Shown here one piece after another: positions 9,559 to 18,380 of a DNA stretch of 48,758 nucleotides (its first letter is position 1; the number at the start of each line of letters is the position of its first letter). The position numbers and the translations under genes were made by a program. The DNA comes from a virus (taxonomy: Duplodnaviria > Caudoviricetes): positions 1-48,758 of IMG/VR virus record IMGVR_UViG_3300020154_000006. One strand, 5' to 3'. The notes under the pieces are model-generated. The model made no database searches. It was not told where the DNA came from and worked only from the letters and a program-made list of their open reading frames with translations.

Positions 9559-9742
9559 GGAACCCATGAGACAGTACACCATCGGCATGCGCGTGCACCT
9601 GCGGTCCGATAAAACACGAGCCGTGCATACGATTACCCATATCATTGTAAGACTCGATATGTTCGATCAAGTGAACGCCCTTTTTTTCTGGATAACGGTG
9701 CTATCCATGCCTGGCCGTTTGAAGTTATCCAGGCGATAACAG

Positions 9743-10456
9743 ATGATGAGAAACGAGAAAATGACTGACAACGAACTTAAAAAAATAGCCGCCAAAATCG
9801 CCAAATGCCTGGCCCTGGCCGCCTCCGACGAACCCAGTGAAGCGGAAGCGGCCAAGCGCCAAGCCGACGCCCTTATGCAGAAATACAACCTGAGCAGCGG
9901 CGACGTAGCGGCAGCGCAGGTGCATGAGCATTTGAGCAAAGCCGGTGGTAAGCATCGTCCACCGCTGTACCTCTGTAACTTGGCAAGTATCATTGCCACA
10001 GCGTTCGGCTGCTCGGCGATTGTCTCGCCAGGCGGCGGCTGGCGAGACAGCTGTATGAATTTTTTGGGCCTGGGTATTAAGCCCGAACTGGCGGCTTACA
10101 CCTTTGACGTGCTGCGCCGGCAGATCACCAAGGACCGCGCCGCTTATACCGCCACGCTCAAGCGCTATAAGCGCGAAAACAAGATTCGCATGGCCGATAT
10201 CTTCTGTAACGCCTGGTGCTGGCGCATTAGTCAGCAGGTGCGTGAGTTCGCCGGTACCGAGCAGGAGAAAACCGCCATAGCCCTCTATAAACAACAGCGC
10301 TTCGCCGATTCGTTAGTGAGCGACACCCGGACGACCGCCAGACCCCAAAGGCCCAATGACCGGCAAGCGATCGTCGCCGGCCTTGATGCCGCTCGGGAGG
10401 TATCGATCCATAAGCCGGTGCAAAGCAAGCGCGGTGCGCTGCTGGGGCGATCGTAA
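9743..10456 (+). CDS. DUF2786 domain protein
   Basis: KIAKCLALAASDEPSEAEAAKRQADALMQKYNL is the DUF2786 signature; common in Mu-like phages. Confidence 0.85.
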   Translation: MMRNEKMTDNELKKIAAKIAKCLALAASDEPSEAEAAKRQADALMQKYNLSSGDVAAAQVHEHLSKAGGKHRPPLYLCNLASIIATAFGCSAIVSPGGGWRDSCMNFLGLGIKPELAAYTFDVLRRQITKDRAAYTATLKRYKRENKIRMADIFCNAWCWRISQQVREFAGTEQEKTAIALYKQQRFADSLVSDTRTTARPQRPNDRQAIVAGLDAAREVSIHKPVQSKRGALLGRS

Positions 10457-10457
10457 A

Positions 10458-10643
10458 ATGAAAATTGGCCTATTATGCAGATTAGGCAGTTTCTGGATCG
10501 GCGCCCATTGGTCTCCGCACAACAAGCGGCTGTGTATTAACCTGCTGCCCTGCGTGACGGTCTGGATTGCCGCTAGAGATGGCGCTGCTCCGGAGAAAAG
10601 CGCTCCAACTCAAAAAAATGGGAATAATTTGAGAATAATTTAA
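10458..10643 (+). CDS. Small hypothetical protein (61 aa)
   Basis: ATG 1 bp after the DUF2786 stop; SFWIGAHWSPHNKRLCINLLPCVTVWI. Confidence 0.55.
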   Translation: MKIGLLCRLGSFWIGAHWSPHNKRLCINLLPCVTVWIAARDGAAPEKSAPTQKNGNNLRII

Positions 10644-10698
10644 TGAGTTTTTGAGCATTTTTTGAGATTGCCCAATACACGTTACCAACAAGTCACAG

Positions 10699-10779
10699 AG
10701 CCCGTAGGAGGTGCTGAACGCAGTGAAGTGCATCGGTTCGAGATTGATGCGATTCGTGCCTCACCGCATCCTACGGGCT
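10699..10779. repeat. REP doublet (REPIN-like), GTAG class
   Basis: Inverted pair AGCCCGTAGGA...TCCTACGGGCT with internal palindromes. Confidence 0.75.
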
Positions 10780-10825
10780 GAGTCGGATAATCGGCCCATT
10801 TGCTCGCCATCATAATTCGTTCAAG

Positions 10826-10907
10826 TGTGTAGGGTACGCACCGCGTACCTTCTTTGGTTCAGAAGGTCAGAGATTTTTGAAAAGATACGCGATGCGTACC
10901 CTACACA
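10826..10907. repeat. Second REP doublet (REPIN-like), GTAG class, different family
   Basis: Inverted pair TGTGTAGGGTACGCA...TGCGTACCCTACACA. Confidence 0.78.
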
Positions 10908-10926
10908 GCTTAATCCGGGATAAACA

Positions 10927-11457
10927 TCAAGCGCCCAGTGAATGCTCCCCTATATCAAAAACGGGTGATAGCATTCGCTGGCAAAAACCAATCTTTACCA
11001 AATACTCCTTGCCATACCCCATCGATCGGGCCACTTCATTGTGACAGATTGTATTTAACACATGTAGCACCGGTGGCTCGTCCATTTCAATATCCAGGCG
11101 TTCTTGAGTCCAAGTGTTTAACTCGGACTGCTCGGGAATCTCAACAACAACCATCTTTTTTTCCAAGGCGATAAAACGCTTGGCCAGATCGGAATGCAGT
11201 CTGGCTTGTCTGGCAGAGCCAATTACCAAATTAAACGCGGACAATACCGTAACAATAAAAGCCGGAATCAGCGCGATGCTCCCATTACTACCAGACGGGT
11301 GCAGCACCCCATACACAGTAGCTGATCCCATAATGACAGAGACCGCATTTACCATCAGGTTAAACCTATCATAATAATTGCGACGTCTGTTGTGGTAACG
11401 AACGGAACGCCTTACGCCAAACAATAAATTGTGTCTTTTATCCGCTATTGTCATCAT
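10927..11457 (-). CDS. SLATT-like two-TM protein
   Basis: RSVRYH.RRRNYYDR, two TM helices, then ARLHSDLAKRFIALE; GGAGAGG RBS before ATG 11457. Confidence 0.7.
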   Translation of the reverse strand: MMTIADKRHNLLFGVRRSVRYHNRRRNYYDRFNLMVNAVSVIMGSATVYGVLHPSGSNGSIALIPAFIVTVLSAFNLVIGSARQARLHSDLAKRFIALEKKMVVVEIPEQSELNTWTQERLDIEMDEPPVLHVLNTICHNEVARSMGYGKEYLVKIGFCQRMLSPVFDIGEHSLGA

Positions 11458-11605
11458 TCCTCTCCCGATCATCAGGGCTTCTGGGCGGCGGCTTGATGGT
11501 ATCGACAACCGTGTTATCAAGAGTCCGATCAGTACGCGTGTTACAGTCATCATAACTTTCGTGTGCAGGACGAGGCTTATCTTCTGGTTTTTTATTATCT
11601 GTCAT
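11438..11605 (-). CDS. Small acidic, proline-containing peptide (55 aa, not in the ORF track)
   Basis: AGGA RBS; MTDNKKPEDKPRPAHESYDDCNTRTDRTLDNTVVDTIKPPPRSPDDRERNDDNSG; overlaps the start of the SLATT-like gene. Confidence 0.6.
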   Translation of the reverse strand: MTDNKKPEDKPRPAHESYDDCNTRTDRTLDNTVVDTIKPPPRSPDDRERNDDNSG

Positions 11606-11627
11606 ATTTATTCCTGATTTTTTGTTC

Positions 11628-12059
11628 TTAAACCAATGCTTTTTGTTTCCGAATTTCTATTTTCTGCTGTCTTGTCTTCAATAGCTCTATTTCCTCTTTA
11701 ATCAGCCTTTTGTTGGTGCTCCTGAGTGTTTTTGAAATCTTCGCAAAGCCTCCTTTTTGCCTCCAACCCCAGGCCTTGTAGAGCAGTTCGCGCGCGTCCG
11801 CATCGGCGTCTACATTGTCATGCAACTGTTGCAGCCATTGCAGCGCTTCCTCATAACGGCCAGCAAGATGATAGTAACGCGCTACTCTGAAATAGGCTCT
11901 AATCCCCCATCCTGTTGAGCAGGTCTTCATCAATTCATAGGCTCGTAGCAAACTAGCAATGGCTGAGTCGTAATCTTTTTCATTGGCCTGTGCGGTGGCC
12001 TTTTTCAGTAGTTCACGAATTTCGGCGTGATCAGCATTGTTACCCGTTAATCCAAGCAT
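11628..12059 (-). CDS. TPR-like helical protein
   Basis: YDSAIASLLRAYEL and YFRVARYYHLAGRYEEALQWLQQL resemble TPR helices. Confidence 0.65.
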   Translation of the reverse strand: MLGLTGNNADHAEIRELLKKATAQANEKDYDSAIASLLRAYELMKTCSTGWGIRAYFRVARYYHLAGRYEEALQWLQQLHDNVDADADARELLYKAWGWRQKGGFAKISKTLRSTNKRLIKEEIELLKTRQQKIEIRKQKALV

Positions 12060-12065
12060 ATTTGT

Positions 12066-12365
12066 TTAGCCACGATGAACAAATTCATGCGAAATGCCTT
12101 TACAAATGCTATTTTCATCAAATATTAAGGCGATATGGTAGCCAGTCGATTGCCACTGCAATAGAGCGCTATCGAGCATTGCAGTCCGAGATGTCGGCGC
12201 TCCGACAGCATTTATTATCTCCTCCTCGGTTTTACCGACAAGCGTCTCCAATCCTATAAATTTTTTGTGTAGCCTATTGCCCTGACGTCCTACTGATGTC
12301 ATGGACAATAACCCTAGCAAAAAAACTATTAAAATAAACCAACCTTCAAAAACACCGCCATCCAT
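12066..12365 (-). CDS. Small membrane-anchored protein (SmpA/BLIP-like fold candidate)
   Basis: N-terminal TM; GKTEEEIINAVGAPT pattern; GAGGAG RBS. Confidence 0.65.
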   Translation of the reverse strand: MDGGVFEGWFILIVFLLGLLSMTSVGRQGNRLHKKFIGLETLVGKTEEEIINAVGAPTSRTAMLDSALLQWQSTGYHIALIFDENSICKGISHEFVHRG

Positions 12366-12405
12366 CTAAATCTCCTCGTTTTCTAAATAGACACACTTGT
12401 GAACG

Positions 12406-12427
12406 AAAGCCGTTAACCGGCTTTTTT
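12406..12427 (+). terminator. Intrinsic terminator-like hairpin
   Basis: AAAGCCG-TTAAC-CGGCTTTTTT. Confidence 0.55.
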
Positions 12428-12476
12428 ACCTTTTCCGTCTTCCCTGATTCCTTGTCATCCCCATGGGCCCGACAAA

Positions 12477-13193
12477 TCAGGCTTTCTCTATAACCGCTTT
12501 AATCCGCTTGCCAATGTAAGCCGGCGCTATCATGTAATTGGCGCTAACGATCAGAGCGAATACATACGCCAGGAACGTTACCCCTTGCGTCATCAATTCC
12601 TGTATGGGCGGTTTCGCCAGAAGGACTTGCGCCAGAATCAGGACTAATGCCACGCCACAAATTAGAGCCGCGGCCATGCCTAACAATGGCTCCCAAACCG
12701 GCAGCTTGGTTTGTAGGCGATCATCTGCGTAAGTCAGTATGCCTTCCCGCCAAACGCACTTGATTTTTTTGACGGTAAAAGGATGATTGGTCATCAGTCG
12801 TGTTAGTGCCACTCGCTCCGGCCTGGATGCCCTGATGCCGGTACGCCGGTAAAAATCCTCGTACTCATCCATTTCACGGGTAAAGATGGAATGGGAATCG
12901 TCTTTGCTTTGTTGCATAGCATGAAGCTCCTCGGCAATAGCCTGGAGCTGTTCCAACTGTTCAAGGCTTAAACGTTTGAATACGTTGCTGCCAAAAAGAG
13001 TTAGGCTGATTCGTTCCACTACCGGCCGGCAGTCGGCTTCATCGCAGGTTTTCAGCAAGATATGGACAGCCCGGATCACCGGGTCCGATTTGCTTCCAGG
13101 CGCTCCCGATCCCACATAAATATGAACGGCGGCCCCATCTTCCGCGTTCACGGCGACGCCGACATCTCCCTTGATTTCTACTCTTGCATTCAT
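12477..13193 (-). CDS. Membrane protein coupled to the repressor: N-terminal GDVG motif, possible ORF6C-like helical domain, two C-terminal TMs
   Basis: TAATG overlap with the repressor stop; LFGSNVFKRLSLEQLEQLQAI segment; two hydrophobic helices near the C-terminus. Confidence 0.75.
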   Translation of the reverse strand: MNARVEIKGDVGVAVNAEDGAAVHIYVGSGAPGSKSDPVIRAVHILLKTCDEADCRPVVERISLTLFGSNVFKRLSLEQLEQLQAIAEELHAMQQSKDDSHSIFTREMDEYEDFYRRTGIRASRPERVALTRLMTNHPFTVKKIKCVWREGILTYADDRLQTKLPVWEPLLGMAAALICGVALVLILAQVLLAKPPIQELMTQGVTFLAYVFALIVSANYMIAPAYIGKRIKAVIEKA

Positions 13194-13606
13194 TATTTCT
13201 TCTTACGCTCCTTACGCATATCGATGTTGAAAGTGCCTTCATGGACTGTATCGAACTGTTGGCCCACATCGCCATGCACGACGAACTTTGCAGCGGGTTG
13301 TGGTGGATCGCCCAATAACAGCACGCGTAAGGCGGCATCCTTCAACTCCTTAGGGCTGATCCGGTACCGATCGAGCAGCAACTGTTCATCCAGCGTCAAC
13401 GCGGCCGATGAGCTCACGCCGGTCAGGATGTATTGCACATCGGCGCCAACGGCAGCGATGGCGGCTAAAAACTTGGCATTCGGAAAAGATTTGCCTTTTT
13501 CCCAGTCGATTTGAGAGCGCAATGAAGCATCGCCAAGCGCTGCAAAGTCGCTCTGCGTAAAGCCTAGCCGATCTCGTTCTTCTTTTAGTCGATCTCCGAT
13601 TTGCAT
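13193..13606 (-). CDS. Prophage repressor (XRE HTH)
   Basis: IGDRLKEERDRLGFTQSDFA...WEKGKSFP...GADVQYILTG; divergent from the ner-like gene. Confidence 0.92.
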   Translation of the reverse strand: MQIGDRLKEERDRLGFTQSDFAALGDASLRSQIDWEKGKSFPNAKFLAAIAAVGADVQYILTGVSSSAALTLDEQLLLDRYRISPKELKDAALRVLLLGDPPQPAAKFVVHGDVGQQFDTVHEGTFNIDMRKERKKK

Positions 13607-13653
13607 AATTCTTCAAATATTTATTTGATTTATGCAGAATTCTGCACAATAAT
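13602..13653. promoter_or_regulatory. Immunity switch: operators and early promoter
   Basis: Perfect palindrome TGCAGAATTCTGCA (13633-13646) lies between TTGATT (13625-13630) and AATAAT (13648-13653). A 2-mismatch copy, TGCATAATTCTTCA (13602-13615), covers the repressor start codon. Confidence 0.7.
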
Positions 13654-13706
13654 TAACTCAACACAAACACAAACACAACAATGACAAACTTTAACCGGAG
13701 CCAGTC

Positions 13707-13907
13707 ATGATTAAAACCCCCGAACAAATAAAAGCCGATTTTCTGGCGCGAGGCATCACCATCTCCCAATGGGCGCGTAACCACGGTTACACGCCGCGCG
13801 AGGCATCACTGGTGCTCAACGGCCAGGTCAAAGGCCGCTACGGTAAAGGCCATGAGATCGCCGTGGCGCTCGGCCTTAAGCCATCTCCTCAACACGTATC
13901 CGAGTAG
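13707..13907 (+). CDS. Ner-like DNA-binding protein (BcepMu gp16 type)
   Basis: TPEQIKADFLARGITISQWARNHGY...VLNGQVKGRYGKGHEIAVALGLK. Confidence 0.9.
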   Translation: MIKTPEQIKADFLARGITISQWARNHGYTPREASLVLNGQVKGRYGKGHEIAVALGLKPSPQHVSE

Positions 13908-13916
13908 GCGCCAACC

Positions 13917-14273
13917 ATGTATCAGCCACTCATTCAAAACGCTCTAAACAATCCCGATGCGTTCAGGGCGCAACCCTACCGTCAGCGCCAAGCGCTGATC
14001 CTGCGCGCCCTGGCGATTGGGGCCAGTGACGTAGCGCAATTACTGCTGGATATCGAGATGACAGAGGTTGCAGTCATCGAGCCGGATTCAGTATCGCCCT
14101 ACGGATTCAGCCTGAACGCCCCCATCATTGGCGTCTCATACGTGCCGTGTCCAGCGACTGAGCCAGCCCTTGCAGCATCCGTCGAGTTGCGTCGGCAAAG
14201 CGATCGGTGCCGTCAGGAAATTTGCGCCGCTCGGCATAGCCGCGAACAGCATCCGTTAGATTGGGCCCGTTGA
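13917..14273 (+). CDS. Hypothetical early protein
   Basis: Follows the ner-like gene; its 3' half overlaps an antisense ORF. Confidence 0.5.
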   Translation: MYQPLIQNALNNPDAFRAQPYRQRQALILRALAIGASDVAQLLLDIEMTEVAVIEPDSVSPYGFSLNAPIIGVSYVPCPATEPALAASVELRRQSDRCRQEICAARHSREQHPLDWAR

Positions 14274-14370
14274 TGCAATTCTTGACTTCCAGCTCTGCTG
14301 CCAGATGCAAAACGAAATTGGCTAAGCCTTCTATGCGGCCGGCTAGTTCATCAAAATCATCGTTATTCAT
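14125..14370 (-). CDS. Hypothetical antisense protein in the early region
   Basis: MNNDDFDELAGRIEGLANFVLHLAAELE helical pattern; GGGA upstream. Confidence 0.6.
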   Translation of the reverse strand: MNNDDFDELAGRIEGLANFVLHLAAELEVKNCINGPNLTDAVRGYAERRKFPDGTDRFADATRRMLQGLAQSLDTARMRRQ

Positions 14371-14481
14371 AGCATTTTCCCGTGTTGGTTTAAGACGGGC
14401 TTATTTTTGCATCGTAAAACAAGTTTTCACCATATGCAAAACAGTTATTTTTTTGGCGACTAGCGAAACGGGCCATTTCCA

Positions 14482-14958
14482 ATGAGCAGGCGGAATTGGA
14501 AACGGGTTCAACCCCGCGATCTACGCGATGCGATGGATTTATGCCTGGAATATGCCAAGGCCAAACATAACCGCTCGGTGGACACGATTGCTGAGTTGAT
14601 GGGCCTGGCCAGCAAATGGACCCTATATAAATGGATGCAGGAAGCCAGCCTGCCCAGCCGCCTGATCAAGCCCTTTGAACACGCCTGCGGCATTGACTAC
14701 GTCAGCCGGTGGCTGGTAGTGAGCGGCGGCAAACTGGTGATTGAGATACCCAAAGGCCGCAAAGGCGGGCCGGATGATATTCAGTCTCTGCAAGCCGCCA
14801 CCCATGACGCCATTGGCGCACTGATGAGGTTTTATGCGGATCAGGCGGATGTGGACGCCACACTGGCCGCCTTGCAAACCGCGCTTGAGCGCATGGCCTG
14901 GCATAAAGGCAATGTTGAAAAATACCGGCAGCCGGAGCTGCCGTTTGATGAGGAGTAA
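14482..14958 (+). CDS. Conserved early protein of B3-like phages (HTH-like)
   Basis: RRNWKRVQP...NRSVDTIAELMG...LYKW...FEHACG; position in the early operon. Confidence 0.75.
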   Translation: MSRRNWKRVQPRDLRDAMDLCLEYAKAKHNRSVDTIAELMGLASKWTLYKWMQEASLPSRLIKPFEHACGIDYVSRWLVVSGGKLVIEIPKGRKGGPDDIQSLQAATHDAIGALMRFYADQADVDATLAALQTALERMAWHKGNVEKYRQPELPFDEE

Positions 14959-14962
14959 ATAA

Positions 14963-15262
14963 ATGGTTACGCACGATATCAAAAGCGCCGCCAAGGTACT
15001 GGCCGTGCTGGACGTACTAATGCGCAATTTCGCGCATGGCTTTAGCTCGACCCAGCTGGCTAAGGAAACCGGCTATTCCGCGTCCGATATTACGCGTTAT
15101 GTCAGCACGCTGGAAAGCAACGGTTTTGCCGAGCGCATCCAGGAGACCGGCCGCATCAGGGTCAGTCATCGAATGGCGCGGTATGCCGTACAGATAATGC
15201 ATTCATTGGATGAGGCGGAACGGCGCATCCAGGAATCCCGCAACCGTATAACCGGACAATAA
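14963..15262 (+). CDS. IclR-type HTH protein
   Basis: SAAKVLAVLDVL...GFSSTQLAKETGYSASDITRYVSTL; GAGGAG RBS. Confidence 0.82.
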   Translation: MVTHDIKSAAKVLAVLDVLMRNFAHGFSSTQLAKETGYSASDITRYVSTLESNGFAERIQETGRIRVSHRMARYAVQIMHSLDEAERRIQESRNRITGQ

Positions 15263-15289
15263 GAAATTTTTGATCAATGGAGCAATGCA

Positions 15290-16357
15290 ATGGCTAGAAC
15301 CCCTGTGGATACAGAGATTACGCAGCATATCGTTACCGAGAGCGATGCGCAGAATTTGCCCGCGATGAGCGAGTCAGCCGATCAATTAGCTGCTGCCGAT
15401 GCAGTCGTTATGAGTAGCTTTGATGCTATCAAGGCATTGGGCCGGATTGAAACGGCCCAATTTTACGAAACGGTTTCGGAAAAGTTGATTGCAGAAACCG
15501 CCATTAATCTCCGCGAAGGCAAGAAATACAAGGGTTTACCGTATCAGGACGAAAACGGAAATACGAAACACGTTTCGCATTTTGATGAATTTTGTGACGT
15601 GTTTTTAGGTAAAACTGCTCGACGTGTTCAGCAATTAATGAGCAACTACAACACTCTCGGGCCCGACCTCTACGAACAAGCCGAACGAATAGGATTTCGC
15701 CAACGCGATTATACAGCTCTCAAAGCACTACCCGTCGACGATAGAAAGCTCATTGCCCATGCGATAGAAGAGGAGAGTTTAGATAAAGCCCTGGATCTGA
15801 TGCAGGAAATGGCCGCCCGGCACTTTCGCGAGAAAGAGGCCGCCCAGAAACTGATCGCCGATAAGGAACAGTCACTGGTAGCCAAAGACCGTGTCATCAG
15901 CGAAAAAACCGCCGAGCTGAACAAGAAGGCGGAAAAGCTCGCGTTGCTGGAAACATCTAAGCGCCAGGAGATCGCCGAGTTGGCCATGCCGGGCGCCGCT
16001 CAGCTTTCCTGGCTGCAATCCTATACCCGCGAAATCACGGCCAAAATCGAGGCCACCCTACGCAGCGAGATCGTCAAGCTCTATGGGGAATTCGGCGATC
16101 AGCCGCCCAAGCACATCGAGCTGGCCGCCGCCCAGTCGCTGGGGCTGATCATTACTGCCGCCTATGGCGTCGCCCATGATCTGGCGATATCGCCCGTGAC
16201 CGAGCCGGAAACGGCCGCCGACGATCCAGCCAAGGCCAACGCGGAAGCCTTTATGAAGTGGGAGGAAGAAGGCACGGACATTGAATCGCTGATGGATGAG
16301 GAGACGCTGGCCAACTATCGCCGGGTGCAAGCCTTGACCCAGAGAACAGAGGGCTAA
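15290..16357 (+). CDS. Conserved pre-transposase protein (DUF3102-like region plus coiled coil)
   Basis: FDEFCDVFLGKTARRVQQLM motif; immediately upstream of the transposase, as in B3-like phages. Confidence 0.7.
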   Translation: MARTPVDTEITQHIVTESDAQNLPAMSESADQLAAADAVVMSSFDAIKALGRIETAQFYETVSEKLIAETAINLREGKKYKGLPYQDENGNTKHVSHFDEFCDVFLGKTARRVQQLMSNYNTLGPDLYEQAERIGFRQRDYTALKALPVDDRKLIAHAIEEESLDKALDLMQEMAARHFREKEAAQKLIADKEQSLVAKDRVISEKTAELNKKAEKLALLETSKRQEIAELAMPGAAQLSWLQSYTREITAKIEATLRSEIVKLYGEFGDQPPKHIELAAAQSLGLIITAAYGVAHDLAISPVTEPETAADDPAKANAEAFMKWEEEGTDIESLMDEETLANYRRVQALTQRTEG

Positions 16358-16360
16358 GTC

Positions 16361-18124
16361 ATGAATCCGGCCTACATACAGCAACTGGTCCGCATCGCCG
16401 ATGAGGTGGCGGCGGCTGGCCATGGCGAGAAGGAATCCATTTATCAGCGCGCGGTGGCCGAGCTGGGCAAAAGCCGCGCCACGCTGCTGAAGCATTTGAG
16501 CCGGGTAGCCGTCAGCAAGCCGCGCAAACGCCGGTCCGATGCCGGCGCGGTGACATTGAGCCAACACGAAGCCGAGATCTTGTCCGCTTATTTGATGGAA
16601 GGCTATCGGCAGAACAACCGCAAAATCACCAGCCTAAAGGAGGCGGTCAACGTGCTGAGAGAAAACGGCTTGATTACCGCCGCGACGATGGATACCGACA
16701 CCGGCGAGCTGGTGCCGCTATCCGATTCCGCCATCAGCCGATCGCTGAAAACCTATGTGCTGCATCCGGACCAACTGCGCCAGGCCACGCCGCATACCCG
16801 CCTGCAATCGCTGCACCCCAATCATGTCTGGGAAGTAGACGCCTCCGTGTGCGTGATCTATTACCTGCCGGACGGCGGCGCGGAGCTGGTGGAGCTGGAC
16901 CAGGCCGTGCATTACAAGAACAAGCCGCAAAACCTGAAGGCGATCGAGCAGTTCCGCGTGATCCGCTATGTGCTGGCCGACCACACCAGCGGCCTGATCC
17001 GGTACCGGTATTATCCCCACGCCGAGAGCGGCGAGCATACCGTGCGCTTTCTGGCCTGGGCCATGGCGCCCAAGGCCAGCAACGATCCGTTCCAGGGCGC
17101 GCCGTTCATCGTTATGGTCGATCCGGGCGCGACTGCCGGCGGCCTGGTGCGGCGCTTCTGCGCGCGCATGGGTATCGAGCTGATCGTCAACAAAAGCCGC
17201 AATGCCCGCGCCAAGGGCAGCGTCGAAAAGGGCAACCATCTGGTAGAGACCAGTTTCGAGCAGGCCCTGCGCTATTTAAAGCCGCGTCCGGCTAATTTCG
17301 AGCAAATCAATAGCCTGGCCGACCGCTACCAGAAGACCTGGAATTTTACCCAGGTCCACAGCCGCACCAAGCAAACCCGGCTGGCCTGCTGGCTGACCAT
17401 TACGCCCGAGCAGCTGCGCGTAACCCCCAGCGCCGACGTGTTGCTGAGCCTGGCCACCGATGAGCCGATCAAACGCCAGGTCAAGGGCGATCTGACGGTG
17501 GGGTTCAAAAACCGGATCTGGAGCGTGGAAGACGTTCCGGGCGTGACGGTCAAGGGCGATGTCTACGTGCATTGGCACCCGTTCCTGGCCGATACCGCCA
17601 TGGCCGTCGTCTGGGGCGAGGACGGCCGCGAACAGCATATCGCACTGCCCGAAATCAAACTCAACCAATACGGATTCGCCGAAACTGCCGCCATGATCGG
17701 CCAGGAACACAAGGCCCGGCCCGATACGGTTGCCGATACCAACCGCAAGCGTGTCCAGCAAATTGCCGCCGGCACAGCGACGCTGGCGGACACCGAAAAG
17801 AAACGCGCCAGCAAGCATTACATTCCGTTCGACGGCTTGGTCGATCCGTTGATCGCCAGCCAGCAGGAACTGCCGGCCTTTATGCCCAAGCGAGGCACGG
17901 CGCTGGACGTGGCCGCGCCGACCGTGGAGCTGCTGCGCATGAACACCGTGCAGATGGCCAAGTGGCTGCAGGGTCGCCTGGGGAGCGATTACCAGCCCGG
18001 CATGCTGGCCGATCTGCAAAAACGTTTTCCGGACGGCGCAACGGAGCCGGAACTGGAGCAAGTGCTGGCCGACCTGCGCGCGGGTAGAACCGCGAGCGGC
18101 CAAGCTAAATTACAGGCGGTTTAA
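16361..18124 (+). CDS. DDE transposase (MuA analogue, B3 type)
   Basis: RKRRSDAG; HPNHVWEVDAS (D), MVDPGA (D), NARAKGSVEKGN (E). Confidence 0.95.
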   Translation: MNPAYIQQLVRIADEVAAAGHGEKESIYQRAVAELGKSRATLLKHLSRVAVSKPRKRRSDAGAVTLSQHEAEILSAYLMEGYRQNNRKITSLKEAVNVLRENGLITAATMDTDTGELVPLSDSAISRSLKTYVLHPDQLRQATPHTRLQSLHPNHVWEVDASVCVIYYLPDGGAELVELDQAVHYKNKPQNLKAIEQFRVIRYVLADHTSGLIRYRYYPHAESGEHTVRFLAWAMAPKASNDPFQGAPFIVMVDPGATAGGLVRRFCARMGIELIVNKSRNARAKGSVEKGNHLVETSFEQALRYLKPRPANFEQINSLADRYQKTWNFTQVHSRTKQTRLACWLTITPEQLRVTPSADVLLSLATDEPIKRQVKGDLTVGFKNRIWSVEDVPGVTVKGDVYVHWHPFLADTAMAVVWGEDGREQHIALPEIKLNQYGFAETAAMIGQEHKARPDTVADTNRKRVQQIAAGTATLADTEKKRASKHYIPFDGLVDPLIASQQELPAFMPKRGTALDVAAPTVELLRMNTVQMAKWLQGRLGSDYQPGMLADLQKRFPDGATEPELEQVLADLRAGRTASGQAKLQAV

Positions 18125-18158
18125 CCGTCGATTAACCAACCCAGTGGGGGAAAAACCA

Positions 18159-18380
18159 ATGAAAGCCTTTTTGATATTTGAAGACGATCCAGACGTGCCC
18201 GGCGGCGTGGAGATCAAGGTGCTGCGCGTCGCCACCAACGGCGAAGCTTCGCTCGACGCCAGCACGCCGGCCAACAACCTGTGCATGACCGTGGAAGCGA
18301 TGCTGGCCCAAGTACTGGCTGAACTGCGCAGTTCAAACGACACGGCGGCAGCCGGGGCGGTGGACGCATGCTGGCACTGA
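18159..18380 (+). CDS. Small hypothetical protein between transposase and ATPase
   Basis: GGGGG RBS-like sequence; overlaps the ATPase start. Confidence 0.55.
   Translation: MKAFLIFEDDPDVPGGVEIKVLRVATNGEASLDASTPANNLCMTVEAMLAQVLAELRSSNDTAAAGAVDACWH

Noticed and set aside
13659-13690. Short ACACAA repeats in the ner leader
   Set aside because: Only about three imperfect units; more likely an unstructured A/C-rich leader than a contingency locus.
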